Shown one piece after another: positions 49,678 through 57,585 of a stretch of 64,000 bases of DNA (its first letter is position 1; every line of letters starts with the position of its first letter). The notes under the pieces were generated by a model. It was not told the origin of the DNA. It did no database searches and saw nothing but the letters and a program-made list of their open reading frames with translations. Location: positions 1-64,000 of the IMG/VR virus record IMGVR_UViG_3300032797_000632. One strand, 5' to 3'. Source of the stretch: a virus. Made by a program: the position numbers and the translations under genes.

Positions 49678-50436
49678 ATGGAGCGAGAGGCATACATCAG
49701 CAAGGAAAAAGGCAAGTGGTGAGTTCGTAGCGAGAAAAACCCCTCCTGGTCAGGAGGCTGCTACGACACCAAGCCAGAGGCCGAGGACAGGTTGGCACAG
49801 GTAGAAAGGATCAAGCACATGAAAGGCGGTGCCATGAACAAGGAAGGCGGGTTGCCGAAAACGGAAGAGGAGCTGAAGAATTATTATTGCCCGGAGTGCG
49901 GGCAGAACCCCGACAACCCGGAGCAGATCGTCTACGAGCCGAACCCGCATTATTTCTCCCCCTATGTTTGCACCGACTGCGGAAAGAGCGTGATCCCCGT
50001 CAGCAAGGACACGGGGAAGCAAATAAGCATTGAGGAATGGAAAAAGGAGCGCGAACTCCTGAAAGGAGGATCGATGGGAAAAGGCGTGATATCTGACGGC
50101 ATCAAAAAGATCGAGGACATCTTGGCCGCCAAGGAGGAGCCCGAGGAGAAGGCGGAGGGCGGGGAGGCTGAGGGTGGCGAGGAAGAGGAGCTTGTCCTCG
50201 AAACCGAGGAGGATGTGGCGGAGCTCTACGAGGAGGCCAAGGAAAAGGCCATTGAGCTTCTCGACGCCGTCATCGAGGCCACCATCGAGGAGGAGGGAAA
50301 TCCTCCCAAGTGGGTCAAGAACCCGGCGATCTGGGAGAAGGCCAAGGAGGCGGTGGAGCCGTACAGGGATAAGTATGATGAGCCCTACGCTGTTATCTCT
50401 TGGCTCTACCAAAGGCTCGGCGGAAAAATTAAGTAA
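49678..50436 (+). CDS. Modular head-associated protein with in-frame UGA at codon 15 (candidate selenocysteine)
   Basis: GGAGG SD then ATG 49678; TGA 49720-49722; frame continues into track ORF 49792-50436; SECIS-like hairpin follows. Confidence 0.7.
49723..49767 (+). promoter_or_regulatory. Putative bacterial SECIS element
   Basis: Lower stem TCGTAGC/GCTACGA; upper stem CCTCCT/AGGAGG; apical loop GGTC 25 nt after the UGA. Confidence 0.65.
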
Positions 50437-50489
50437 ATCCATTGGGTTGGGGGAGAAAACTGCTTCGGCATAACCGAAAGGAGCCGATC

Positions 50490-50846
50490 ATGGGCGTGGC
50501 ATTGAAGGCGGGAATCGTCAGGCGGGCCCTGCGCACCGGCATGAGGCGGGTGGCCGGATACACGCACTACTGGAGCTATCCGCAGGGAAGCGAGTTCGGG
50601 GGCAGGCGAAACGCCCGGGGCGAAGGCGTCGTGGGAGTTGGGGCATGGAACGATTTGCTTGGCGGAATTCACGACATTGACGTCAAAATCGATACCGCCA
50701 TATCGGCCATCGGAACCGTGGGGCTTGGATTATACAATGCGGATCAAGTGCTCAAGGCCATAAAGCCCGCCCTCAAGGAGGCTTCCGAAAAGCTGGCGGA
50801 GGTGAATAAAATCGCTAGGGATATAGCGGAGACCTACTACAGGTAA
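50490..50846 (+). CDS. Hypothetical protein with Arg-rich leader
   Basis: AAGGAG SD; IVRRALRTGMRRVAG. Confidence 0.6.
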   Translation: MGVALKAGIVRRALRTGMRRVAGYTHYWSYPQGSEFGGRRNARGEGVVGVGAWNDLLGGIHDIDVKIDTAISAIGTVGLGLYNADQVLKAIKPALKEASEKLAEVNKIARDIAETYYR

Positions 50847-50852
50847 TGCCCA

Positions 50853-51617
50853 ATGAGACGCAGGTCGTACTATCTCGGGATTGACCGGGCGACGCCAGTC
50901 GAGAACACCGAGGAGTCCTTCGATATGTATCAGTGGGACCAGACGGTGATGGACGAGCCCCATCCGCCGGCCCGGGTGGAGCAGTACCCGCCCCGGTGGA
51001 GCCTCGATATCCAGCGCCGGGAGCGGTGGCGGGAGAGGATGTACCGCCCGTTTCGCACGGACAAGTCCCGCACGCCGGCCTTCATAAAGAGGAGGCGGGA
51101 GACAAACCCGCGGGTGGAGATCGGAATGCAGGCGGGCATCATCCGCCTCATCTTGGCCGGGTATTTCGATATCGACCCCGAGAAAATCCACACTCTTTAC
51201 CACTCCACCCCTTCCACGAATGTGGAAAGCATCATGTCCCGTGGGCTGGTCCCCGGCCCTCCCCATAAGGGGGAAGATCCGGCGAAGCCGTGGCTCAAAA
51301 ATGTCGTGTGGATGGCCGACAGTCCGGAGGCGGCCAAGCACCACGGGCTCAGGCAGATGGAAAAGAAGGATGTGGCCGGGGGGCTGACGGTGCTCGAGAT
51401 CCAGTTCGACCCCAAGAAGATCAACCTTTACAAGGCACTGGCCCCCGGGTTTTTCACGACGGACGAGGCAATTCCCCCGGAATGGATCAGGGTGGTGGAG
51501 ACGGTCAAGAGGGCGGAGACGGGGGCGGATATGCATCCTTTGTTGGCGGAGAATCTCCGCAGGGCCCGGGAGGCAGTTGGAAGATTGGCGGAAAGATACA
51601 GGAAGGGATCCTCTTGA
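50853..51617 (+). CDS. ADP-ribosyltransferase-fold protein (Tpt1/KptA-like NAD-binding domain)
   Basis: LYHSTP..NVESIMSRGL.P...VWMA...A..HG...VLEI...IPPEWI. Confidence 0.65.
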   Translation: MRRRSYYLGIDRATPVENTEESFDMYQWDQTVMDEPHPPARVEQYPPRWSLDIQRRERWRERMYRPFRTDKSRTPAFIKRRRETNPRVEIGMQAGIIRLILAGYFDIDPEKIHTLYHSTPSTNVESIMSRGLVPGPPHKGEDPAKPWLKNVVWMADSPEAAKHHGLRQMEKKDVAGGLTVLEIQFDPKKINLYKALAPGFFTTDEAIPPEWIRVVETVKRAETGADMHPLLAENLRRAREAVGRLAERYRKGSS

Positions 51618-51647
51618 CGATGAAGTTAGGCAATGAATAGATTTCCA

Positions 51648-52712
51648 TTACATTACCCTTTGAATGCTCGGGGACTCCAGGCTCCCGAGGGTCGGCAGGG
51701 TGCGGGCGAGGATGTTCCGCGCTCCGACGGTGTCGGCGTCGTTTGCGTGGCCGCAGGCGACGCACAGAAAGTCCTCTCCCCTGCGATTCAGCATGTCAGT
51801 CGTGCCACAGACGGGGCATTGCCGGGAGGTGTTGGCCGGATCCACGGCCACGGGCAGAACACGGTTCTCCCGGGCTTTGAGCTCGATCCGGTTGAGCACC
51901 CGCCGGTAAACCCACGGCGACATGGCCTTGCGAAATGCTTTATTTCTGTTCGGCTTCTTTCCGGTCTTGAGATGCTTGAGCTTCTCGATGCCTACGGCCC
52001 GGAGCTCGGGCCACGGGAGCTGGTTGACGGTGCGGTTGATGAGGTTGTCCCGCTCCCGGTGGGCCCGGAGTCGGCCCTTGGATCCTGGCCGGCGCCGGCG
52101 GACTCGATCCCTGATGCACTTGAAGTCGGTGCCGTAGTGGTGGCCATCGGAGTCGGAGATCAGCTTATTGACGCCGAGGTCGAGGCCGAGGATCCGGCCC
52201 TCGGTCTTGGGGGCTTGGTCGGGGATGTCGACCCAGAGGATCATCGAGTCTTCGGAGAGAGAGCATCCCTGAATGATCCTCGCCCCGGGCTGGGCCAGCC
52301 ACTTGTTGAGCACGGCGGTTTTCCGGGTGGGGATGGTGATCCGATGGCCTTGATTCAAAACCGAGAGTTTGATGATCAGATCAAAGGACTCCTCGCCCTC
52401 CTCGACGGCGACGAACTTGGCGTCGAGGGTGGCGTTGCCGTCGAACACCGGGCGGGAGGGGGGTTTGCCGAGTTCCCGGGCGGACCGTTGGGTGGCGATG
52501 ACGATTTCGATGGCTTGCTTGAGTGCGGTGCTTTTGTACCGAGCGGAGAGGCGGGAGTGCTCGAGGATTTGGTATGGGGGGATTCCGGGTTCGTCCCACA
52601 AGTTTTTGATGTAGAAGTTGACGGCGACCCGGTAGGATTCGAGGAGTGCATTAATGGCCCGTCGTTTCCGGGCGGTAGCGAATTTGAGGGTGATTTTGCA
52701 GGCCCGCTTCAT
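51648..52712 (-). CDS. tnpB: TnpB/Cas12f-like RNA-guided nuclease (no adjacent transposase)
   Basis: RuvC I LGLDLG; II IEKL; TSRQCPVC..CVAC; III DADTVGARNI. Confidence 0.9.
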   Translation of the reverse strand: MKRACKITLKFATARKRRAINALLESYRVAVNFYIKNLWDEPGIPPYQILEHSRLSARYKSTALKQAIEIVIATQRSARELGKPPSRPVFDGNATLDAKFVAVEEGEESFDLIIKLSVLNQGHRITIPTRKTAVLNKWLAQPGARIIQGCSLSEDSMILWVDIPDQAPKTEGRILGLDLGVNKLISDSDGHHYGTDFKCIRDRVRRRRPGSKGRLRAHRERDNLINRTVNQLPWPELRAVGIEKLKHLKTGKKPNRNKAFRKAMSPWVYRRVLNRIELKARENRVLPVAVDPANTSRQCPVCGTTDMLNRRGEDFLCVACGHANDADTVGARNILARTLPTLGSLESPSIQRVM

Positions 52713-52829
52713 CGATGGTAATGGTTGATCATGAAAGATATATAGTCAAGAGAAATTAGTTGTTGTGTGATGGAAGTTTCAATATAATACAATGAAGAGC
52801 AAGGGTAGGCATCGGGAGAGGAGGACGAG

Positions 52830-53006
52830 ATGAGCATGTTTAAAACGGGAGAGGCGAAGATCGAGGCGGTTCTTGAGCTCTGCTGCAAATGCGGCAAGAA
52901 CTTCGTCAAGGCCGGCGAAGGGGCGATCTGCCCTGCATGCCTGGCGAAGGCGGAGACGGGCGGGGACCGAGGCGAGGAATGCAAAGGGGCGGGGAAACCC
53001 GAATAA
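52830..53006 (+). CDS. Small zinc-ribbon protein (58 aa, absent from the ORF track)
   Basis: GAGGAGG SD; CCKCGK...CPAC. Confidence 0.6.
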   Translation: MSMFKTGEAKIEAVLELCCKCGKNFVKAGEGAICPACLAKAETGGDRGEECKGAGKPE

Positions 53007-53022
53007 ATAAGGAGGGATTCGA

Positions 53023-53868
53023 ATGCACTTCATCACGGCCAATGCGAAGGTCACGGCGGCGGGAGTAATGGGCGGGGCCCCGGGGAAGGACATTCTCCGG
53101 AGGTTCGGAGCGAGGAAGGAGCTACTCGATCCGCAGATCTTCTCCGCCGTGGCGGAGAGGTACCGGATATCTAGGAACCCCCAGGACTATGTCTACACCA
53201 TTGCCCGGGCGGTGTCGACGGATGTCCCCAACCACAACGGGGACGCATTCCCCGAGGAGGAGCTGCTGAGCCTGAACCCGCACGCTGGGGTCATGGTCTA
53301 CCAGACCTTCATCAACGACCCTCTGCACATCGAGCATCTGAGCGACGATCCGACCACCGCCCTCGGGTTCATCCTCGACTCCCACTACAACACCGAGGCC
53401 CAGCACGACAAGTTCGTCGAGACCCTTGTGCTGGTGGACAAAAAGAAAAACGTCGCCCTGGCGTCGGAGATCGCCTCCGGGCGGAGGGATTCCTTCTCCA
53501 TGGGGTGCCTCTGCGAGATCGAGGTGTGCTCCTACTGCAATAAGGCGTCGAGGTCGGACGACGAGTTCTGCGACCACATGATGCACATGCGGATGCAGAG
53601 AATCGCCGGCCAGCTGGTCTACGGGAAATGCTACGGGGTCACATTCACCGAGCTATCATCGGTGGCCCAGCCGGCGGACGCCAAGGCCCGACAGAGGTTC
53701 CTGCTGGCGGCCTCGAGCCGGCGGAAGGCCGAGTCAGTACCCCTCATAGCGAGGATCGGGTTCTCCGGGGACAAGGCCCGGGAGGTTGCCCGCTATCTCG
53801 AGGCCCGCATGGGGGAGTTGCCCCCGGCGATGGTCGAGTTGGGCGAGAAGCTTTTCGGGGAGGTTTGA
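53023..53868 (+). CDS. Prohead (capsid maturation) protease
   Basis: NHNGDAF; HIEH; GFILD; FSMGC..CSYC..CDH; FTELSSV..PAD. Confidence 0.85.
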   Translation: MHFITANAKVTAAGVMGGAPGKDILRRFGARKELLDPQIFSAVAERYRISRNPQDYVYTIARAVSTDVPNHNGDAFPEEELLSLNPHAGVMVYQTFINDPLHIEHLSDDPTTALGFILDSHYNTEAQHDKFVETLVLVDKKKNVALASEIASGRRDSFSMGCLCEIEVCSYCNKASRSDDEFCDHMMHMRMQRIAGQLVYGKCYGVTFTELSSVAQPADAKARQRFLLAASSRRKAESVPLIARIGFSGDKAREVARYLEARMGELPPAMVELGEKLFGEV

Positions 53869-54078
53869 TTGGATCCGGTCAAGCTCCAGGCGGTGTACGC
53901 ATTCATCGAGGAGGTCCTCGCTGAGAACTTCTACGGGAAGATAGTGCTTAACTGCCAGGGCGGGGTGGTGAGTACGGTGCAGGTGGAGAACACGGTCAGG
54001 GTTTCGGATCTGGTGGACGCCATGGGCGAGGCCGGCGAGCCTGGGGAGATTGCGGAGGAGGAGGTACCGGAGGAATGA
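53869..54078 (+). CDS. Small DUF2292/YezD-like protein
   Basis: FYGKIVLNCQGG.V..V...T. Confidence 0.5.
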   Translation: MDPVKLQAVYAFIEEVLAENFYGKIVLNCQGGVVSTVQVENTVRVSDLVDAMGEAGEPGEIAEEEVPEE

Positions 54079-54086
54079 CCCGGGTA

Positions 54087-54115
54087 TTGACAAGGGGTTT
54101 CTGCTGGTGTATTTT
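54087..54115 (+). promoter_or_regulatory. Sigma70-type promoter upstream of the capsid operon
   Basis: TTGACA-17 nt-TATTTT. Confidence 0.6.
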
Positions 54116-54266
54116 GGAAGCAATTGAGCATGAAAAGGCGATGAATCGTTAGAGAAACGGAACCGAGTATGTAGGCAAGGGCGAGACGAGGAAAATCGGA
54201 GGGCCAATCATGGCGACGGGGACAACCCGAGCCCGGCCCGCAAACCGAGACATCGGACGAGGAGGA

Positions 54267-54298
54267 AGGCTCCAGCCGAAAAGGCAGGAGCCTTTTTT
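54267..54298 (+). terminator. Intrinsic terminator/attenuator-like hairpin overlapping the SD of 54302
   Basis: AGGCTCC-AGCC-GAAA-AGGC-A-GGAGCCT followed by a T run. Confidence 0.6.
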
Positions 54299-54301
54299 AT
54301 T

Positions 54302-54727
54302 ATGGGAAAAATCGAGCTGGAAAGAATGGTCGGAAGGTTCCTGCGGAGGGCCCAGCCCCCCGAGGGCGAGCCCGAGGAGAAGATAGAGGAAGTGGAGGAG
54401 AAGATCGATGAGCATGAGGAAAAGCTGAACGAGCAAGAGGAGAAGATGGATGATTTGGCCGACGAGGTGCCCGGATCGGCCCCGGCGGGTTCGCCGGAGC
54501 AGGACGAGAACCTGTTTCAGGAGGTGAGGGATCTCAGGAGGAAGCTCGAGGAATTGCTCGAGACCTCGGTCGGGACGCAGGAGACGATCACGAACATGAT
54601 GGACCTGATTGTCGAGACCAACCCCAACCTGATGGACAGGCGGATCGAAAAGATGAAGGACCGAGTCAGGCCAGACACCACGATTACCGAACAAGAGTTC
54701 GGGATCATGAGCCCAGGTTACTACTAA
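54302..54727 (+). CDS. Acidic coiled-coil head assembly protein
   Basis: RFLRRAQ leader; E-rich coiled coil; position. Confidence 0.6.
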   Translation: MGKIELERMVGRFLRRAQPPEGEPEEKIEEVEEKIDEHEEKLNEQEEKMDDLADEVPGSAPAGSPEQDENLFQEVRDLRRKLEELLETSVGTQETITNMMDLIVETNPNLMDRRIEKMKDRVRPDTTITEQEFGIMSPGYY

Positions 54728-54746
54728 ACGGAGAAGGAGGTCGACT

Positions 54747-55664
54747 GTGGCCAGAAACGCAAATGTACTGAGGGCCTTGAGGAATCGCAGGATTTCCAAG
54801 AGGCAAATTTCCGCCCAACCGGCGGAAGAGGCCCCCAAGACCCTGTCCGAGCAGGTGAAGCTCGAAGAGGTCAAGGACCAGATGGAGACCGTCAAGCCTC
54901 CGCAGCCGGAAATCACCACCGAGAAGCAGCTTCAGAAGGTCACCGAGGAGACGAAGGAAAAGCTCCCCGAGACCATGAAGCCCGAGGAGCTCTCCGCCCG
55001 GGTCGAGGGCGAGGATGTGGTGATTCTCCACCAGCGGAAGCCGGCGTTCGTCATCCCGTCCGCGGGCCTCAAAAAGCTCCAGAAGGAGGTCAAGGGGAGC
55101 AGGGGACTGCAGAGCCGCATCCTCAAGGAGGTTTTGAGTGACGGACTGGCGGCGGTCCTCAAGAGGTACGGTGCCAAGAAGGTAGGCGAGGAGAAGGCGA
55201 AGGGCATGGAGACGCAGGAGGCTTATGCGGCCATCCGTTCCCATCTGAAACGCTGTCTCCAGCTGGCCTTTACGGCGATGGGCAAGAACATCATGGACAA
55301 CCCCATCAAGCACGAGTTCCACGAGGCGCTCGAGGCTGCGGGTATCGAGGACCCGGTCCCGGTGATCGAGTCCGCATACTCCCGGTCCATCGGGCCGGCG
55401 CTCGAGGCGGCCTTCGCCAAGGCCGATGAGTACTCTAGGCTGACCGACGAAGGGTTCGTGGAGGTGGAGGCCGAGATCGAGAAGGCGGGCACGATCACGC
55501 CCCGGGCCGAGAGCAAGGAAAGTGCGGAAGCCGAGACGATGAAGAGGAGGGCAAGCCTCGGATCGCTCACCCCGATGGGGCTGGGCTCCGGGGACCCGGT
55601 GGACGAGCGGAGAGCCAAATACAGGGACATCATTCCGAGGATCGGGGTGTTCCGGAGCATGTAG
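54747..55664 (+). CDS. Putative capsid scaffold protein
   Basis: Between protease and capsid genes; charged helical composition; R-rich leader. Confidence 0.6.
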   Translation: MARNANVLRALRNRRISKRQISAQPAEEAPKTLSEQVKLEEVKDQMETVKPPQPEITTEKQLQKVTEETKEKLPETMKPEELSARVEGEDVVILHQRKPAFVIPSAGLKKLQKEVKGSRGLQSRILKEVLSDGLAAVLKRYGAKKVGEEKAKGMETQEAYAAIRSHLKRCLQLAFTAMGKNIMDNPIKHEFHEALEAAGIEDPVPVIESAYSRSIGPALEAAFAKADEYSRLTDEGFVEVEAEIEKAGTITPRAESKESAEAETMKRRASLGSLTPMGLGSGDPVDERRAKYRDIIPRIGVFRSM

Positions 55665-55703
55665 GCCCGTAAAAGAAGAAGAAAGGAATAAGGAGGAAAG
55701 ACC

Positions 55704-56405
55704 ATGTTAGATAAAAATCGTTGCACCGTGAACAACAGGTTCTCCTATGTGGTGGACCCGGGCATCCAGTTCGAGGCCGGCCAGGTCGGCAAGCTCGTTC
55801 TCGGTGCCGACGGGCAGCCCACCATCGAGCTCTGCAACAGCGGGGAGCTTCCCCACGGGATCCTGTGGAACGACAAGGCGCTGGGGATGACGATGACCGT
55901 GAACGAGGAAGAGGTGACCTTCAATGTGGTGACCAAGAGCCTGAAACACAACAACCTGGTGGCCAGTCAGGAGCGGGTGACCAACACCGCCAGGACCATC
56001 ACCTATGTCAAGGGTGTGGACTACAACCTTGACGAGTCCGCCGGCCAGATTTCGAGGATTCCGGGCATGGGCATCGCTGCCAGCCAGAAGGTCCTCGTGA
56101 CCTACCGGTTCCAGATCCTGGCCAAGGACCTGTACATCTACGGGCAGGGCCAGAATTTCATCAACGACTCCACCCTGGGCTCCGGCAAAATCGCCGTGGC
56201 AGAGGATTTTGCCATCATCTACTCCTACATCTACGACACCCAGGTCCCCTACGCCATCGGGGACCCCCTGAGGGTCAAGGACGGCGGAATCATCACCTCC
56301 GACCCCTACGAGGTCGGACCGGTGATCGGCAAGGTCATCAAGCCCCCGATGGCCGGCGATCCGGCGCTCGGGTTCGAGACGAGAATAGTGCTGCCGAACG
56401 ATTAG
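55704..56405 (+). CDS. Putative capsid decoration/cement protein
   Basis: Directly upstream of the MCP; beta-rich; DSTLGSGKI, Y..GDPL.V, GKVIKPP. Confidence 0.6.
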   Translation: MLDKNRCTVNNRFSYVVDPGIQFEAGQVGKLVLGADGQPTIELCNSGELPHGILWNDKALGMTMTVNEEEVTFNVVTKSLKHNNLVASQERVTNTARTITYVKGVDYNLDESAGQISRIPGMGIAASQKVLVTYRFQILAKDLYIYGQGQNFINDSTLGSGKIAVAEDFAIIYSYIYDTQVPYAIGDPLRVKDGGIITSDPYEVGPVIGKVIKPPMAGDPALGFETRIVLPND

Positions 56406-56444
56406 TATCGGTTTCGGCCAACCAACGAAACGGAGGTGTGAACA

Positions 56445-57566
56445 ATGAGTTCTCCCTACATTACAAAACCGGTGCTGGACAGGCGGACCGGCGAGCCTGT
56501 CAACATGCAGGCCTTCGGCGGATTCACCAGAGCGGGGTCCCCGAAGTACAGCGAAAAGGAAAAGATGTTCAATGACGCCGGCGTGATCAACGCCTCGAAT
56601 CCGGCCGACGCCCTGCGGATGATTCAGCATATCCTCTCGCAGGTCGGCTCCGGAGAGATCCAGCCGGTTCCGGCAATCCCCGAGCGGGCTGTCCCGCCCG
56701 AGGAGGTCGTGGCCAGGATCAAAGAGGCCATGCTCGACGAGTCTGGCGTGGGGATGAAAATCCTCGGCCAGGAAATCCTGAACCCCATCCGGGAGGTCAT
56801 CGACTACGAGGGCTTCTCGAGGAAGGTCCTGCTCCCCCGGCCGGTGGGCCCGGGCGAAGTCGTGAGGTACGACAAAGATCCGTACATCGTGGCCTGGGTC
56901 ATCGCCGAGGACGGCATCACCCCGGAATCCCGCGCTGGCGGAGCCTATGTCTACCCGCCGGAATTCGAGGTGACCTCCAGGCCGACCATCGAATTGCGGC
57001 ACATCTACCAGGCGCAGTTCGATATCCTCTCCAGGATCATGGACCGCGCCAGGCAGGGCATCGAGCAGCAGGAGGATGAAAACCTCGTCAAGCTGCTCCG
57101 GTCTGCGGCCAATGTGGTCAACACCACGCAGGGCTTCAGCGCCCTGACGGTCAATGCCCTCGAAAACCTGCGGTACGAGGTCGAGAGGCACCGCCTGATC
57201 GTCGAGAAGTTCCTCATCCACCGGCGGGAGATCACCGACATCGTCGCCCTGGCCCAGCTGGGCTATGTCGACCCGGTGACCCAGAGAGAGCTGATCATGG
57301 CCGGCTACATCGGTTATGTGCTGAACGCCATGATCATCACCACCGCTGGCGTCGGGACCAACGAGTTCAAGGTCCTCGAGCCGGGCGAGGTTTTCGCCGT
57401 GTGCGGCGGGGACCACCTCGGAGGCATGCCGGTGAGGGTGGAGCTCTTCAACGAGCCGATCGTCGGGTTCCACGAAGGCAAGCCCGTCCGGGGCTGGTTC
57501 TTCTACGAGCTCGTCGGTCAGATCATCATCAACTCCAAGGCGGTGGCACGCGGGGTGAAGATCTAA
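56445..57566 (+). CDS. Major capsid protein (HK97 fold)
   Basis: 373 aa; PIR..IDYEG..RKVL, YDKD, PPEFEV...PTI, FDIL.R...ARQ.I..QED resemble large-myophage MCPs; biased codon use. Confidence 0.85.
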   Translation: MSSPYITKPVLDRRTGEPVNMQAFGGFTRAGSPKYSEKEKMFNDAGVINASNPADALRMIQHILSQVGSGEIQPVPAIPERAVPPEEVVARIKEAMLDESGVGMKILGQEILNPIREVIDYEGFSRKVLLPRPVGPGEVVRYDKDPYIVAWVIAEDGITPESRAGGAYVYPPEFEVTSRPTIELRHIYQAQFDILSRIMDRARQGIEQQEDENLVKLLRSAANVVNTTQGFSALTVNALENLRYEVERHRLIVEKFLIHRREITDIVALAQLGYVDPVTQRELIMAGYIGYVLNAMIITTAGVGTNEFKVLEPGEVFAVCGGDHLGGMPVRVELFNEPIVGFHEGKPVRGWFFYELVGQIIINSKAVARGVKI

Positions 57567-57585
57567 CCGAAAGGAGGCAGATCCC

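Noticed and set aside
51633-52721. 362-aa + strand ORF
   Set aside because: Antisense shadow of tnpB; no motifs or SD
47155-55695. Recurrent (A)ATAA(A)GGAGG before right-arm genes as a late promoter
   Set aside because: Adequately explained by a stop codon plus an A-rich Shine-Dalgarno context
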